Below are positions 61,501 to 64,000 of a stretch of 64,000 nt of DNA, piece after piece (position 1 is the stretch's first letter; every line of letters begins with the position of its first letter). The notes beneath the pieces are model-generated. The model saw nothing but the letters and a program-made list of their open reading frames with translations. It did not search any database and was not told the origin of the DNA. Source of the stretch: Marsupella aquatica (Eukaryota > Plantae > Marchantiophyta). The translations under genes were made by a program, and so were the position numbers. The stretch lies in NCBI GenBank assembly GCA_973895155.1, contig OZ316899.1, positions 11,719,775 through 11,783,774 of the forward strand, in the 5' to 3' direction.

Positions 61501-62481
61501 GAACAAATCTCTGCTGGACCAGGTCCGACTGCTCGAGCAGGACGTCGACCGGCTCAAGAGGCAGCGGGATGGCCGCTCCAAATCCAACTCGGGCGGGTCT
61601 GGCAAGCGCGCCAGACATTAGCGGCGGGGTAGGTTTAGGATAGAGTTAGAATTAGGGAAGTCAGACGATAAGGACAACCACCAAAACTAGTTGGCAACGC
61701 TATCCTATCCGACCGACCTTCGTAGTTTAGAATCTTAGAATAAGACATGTTGTTTTACGGCCTGACAGTTAGCAGAGTTTAGAATCTTGGATACCATAGA
61801 TTTGAGCACGTGGCCGCTCCGGGTCCCGACCCTTAGTATTTAGTGCACCCCTCGGTACAGGCAGGGGGGATTTTAGTTTCAGAACCAGGTATCCGTAGGA
61901 TGTGCGGGGAGTCCCGGCCTTTGTGAGTGAAAGAGCATCAAGGAGGGAGGGTACAACTAAGCTCGCTGGGCAAGTGTGGAGCCGGCCTCCATTGTAGTGT
62001 ATGCCTTTCTGCCGTTGGGCCTGTTCACTCAATGAGATGTTGAGTCAACCGTGTATATGTGTATGACAGATTATGAAGTAAAGTCTTTTCCCACTATCTC
62101 CTTTGTGTAAACCGAGATTGAATGATTGTGAATTCAGTTGCATGTATGAATCTTGTATACGGGTAGAAGAATGCTTGGCCAAACGCACTATCCGAGCTGG
62201 GCACGGGATGTTGGCTGCGGATAGTGGTTGTGAGCCCAGGTTGGACACCCGTATCATCGGATCTAGATTGGAGGCGGACAGCGCGAAGGCTTAGAAGTCC
62301 TGAAGCCGAGGTTGATCCAGTTATCGACTTAAAGGTACGTTCCGGCAGCGAAACACATACTATACCCATGATATTTATGTAAGTAGGACTAGGCACACTT
62401 AGCGCTAGATTACGGAAGTAAGGTTCAGTTTGCACATCCCTTCTTGCCCAAACCCTCAAAACTAATGAAGATTATGCCCGT
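58541..62481 (+). mobile_element. LTR family A copy (~3.9 kb) inserted in gypsy pol, containing a degenerate PMD-like/coiled-coil ORF (~58980-61620)
   Basis: Starts TGTGATGCC exactly where pol is cut; TATAAAA at 58898 precedes the ORF; homologous to 24418-32411; interrupted at 62482. Confidence 0.8.
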
Positions 62482-64000
62482 TGTCGCGAGGACTTAAAGT
62501 TAGGGGCTCCTCGGGAAAACTATGCATCTCTGGCTGCGATCGGGACAGGTGACAAGCACTTTTTGGAGTGAACTCTCACTCCTTTATATATTTTTTTACT
62601 TTTCTCACAAAGGTTACAATAGGTGCCCTCGAGTAAGCTTGCCCGCAAGAGTCTGGTAGCTGGCCCTACGGCGGGCCGCTACCTCTAACTTGTCGGGTAG
62701 AACTCCTCGAGTGACTAACTACTCAAAATCTGACGGATGTTGTAACCTGAGTTAACTAGACCATAGATAAGGTTAACTAGGATTATGCCTACTCAGGTTA
62801 GGTCACATTAAGGGCTTCTATGCCTTCGTGCTGTCCGCCTTCGATCCGGATTCGATGATACAGGTCCTCAACCCGTGCTCGCAACCACTTACCCGCAGGC
62901 TGCACCCTGTGCACGTCTCGGGTAGTGCGTTCGGCCTGGCGCTGCCACCCATATACGAGAAGCCCACACACATATGCGCACACATGCATACAATCTCGAT
63001 TTACACGAAGGAAAATGATGGGAAAGGATTTTACTACAAAGGGAACATATGCGTACACTTAGTTGACACGACAGCCCTGGAATGCACAGGTTCAAGGCCG
63101 AGGGTGCACACTACAACGGAGCCCGGCTCCGCACTCGCCCGGCGAGCTTAGTCCTACCCCCTCCCCTTGGTACTCTGTCATTCCCAGAGGTCAGGACTCC
63201 CCGCATGTCCCGCGGATGTTCGACTCTGAAACTAAAACCCCCCCCCCTTGCCTCTACCGAGGGGTGCACTAAATACTAAGAGCCGAGGAACGGGGTGTCC
63301 TCTCGCCGAAGATTCGCTGACTAAGGTCCTAACTAAGCTGACAGTCAGGCCGGAAAATGGCTGTGTCTTATTAGAAGATCCTAATCTACGCAGGCTGGAC
63401 AGCAGGGCAGCGCTGCTGTACCTAAGGCAGGTGCCTGTCCCAAGAGCCTGACTAAGCCAATCCTAATCCTAATCTATTCCTACTCCGCCGCTAATGCCTG
63501 GCACGCTTGCCAAAGCCGCCCGAATGGGAACGGCCATCCCGCTGCCTTCGAAGCCTGTCATTGTCCGCTTTGAGGAGCTGGACCTGGTCCAGCAGAGATT
63601 CGTTCTCTCGCCTCGCCACGTCCGTCTCCTCTGCTGCCTCCTGACATGCCTCCTCCAGCTGCTGGGCGTCGCTCGTCAGTTTACTCGCCAGCTGGTCCTG
63701 CTTCTCGGCCTCAGTTTGGAGCCGCGCCATCTCGGCCTGCAGTGTGGCTATCTCCGTCGCGTCCCGCTGGGCTCGCTCCTCGGCCTCCTCCAGGTCTTTC
63801 TGCCAGGTGACAGCTTGTTTCTTCAAACTGTCAATCTGGTTCCGGAGTCGTGTAATCTCGGCCTCGTTCCCAGCTTTGGCCTGTTCGGCTAGGGCGGTAA
63901 GAGCGTACGCCTTTGCTAACAACTCATCGGCGGCTGCAACCTTGGGTCGTAGTTGTAGAAGCTCAGCCTCTTGAGCCGCCACTTCGTTCTTTAGGTACAC
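62482..64000 (-). mobile_element. Family A-related LTR nested in the end of the previous copy; runs off the window
   Basis: Starts TGTCGCG; 62810-64000 is colinear with ~29210-30420; coiled-coil ORF 63491-64000. Confidence 0.75.

Noticed and set aside
1-64000. tRNA or rRNA genes
   Set aside because: None recognised by eye; tRNAscan-SE or Infernal would be needed to exclude them.

Overview
Eukaryotic, plant-type DNA (GT-AG introns, TTTAGGG repeats; probably a non-seed land plant, which is an inference) made almost entirely of nested, decayed transposons. A BRCT-domain gene fragment lies at the left edge. There are three Mutator-like (MULE) transposase pseudogenes or fragments (GCM-like Zn domain, MULE core, SWIM finger), a CACTA element, a Ty3/gypsy pol fragment, and several TG..CA solo-LTR-like insertions of 2.4-4.7 kb, three with clean 5-bp TSDs and most containing their own ORFs. 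The main candidate for a new system is present in two diverged copies (9.7-13.9 kb and 37.2-41.5 kb): a 5-exon gene fusing a ParB/Srx-like domain (DGNHR) to a prokaryote-type beta-class DNA amino-methyltransferase fold. Each copy lies head-to-head with a MULE transposase. About 28 copies of a 15-bp palindrome, TAGCGCCNGGCGCTA, surround them, and I found these only in introns and intergenic DNA. The CACTA element also carries a SET-domain exon that can be spliced in phase to its transposase. All domain calls come from motif recognition by eye; no searches were run.
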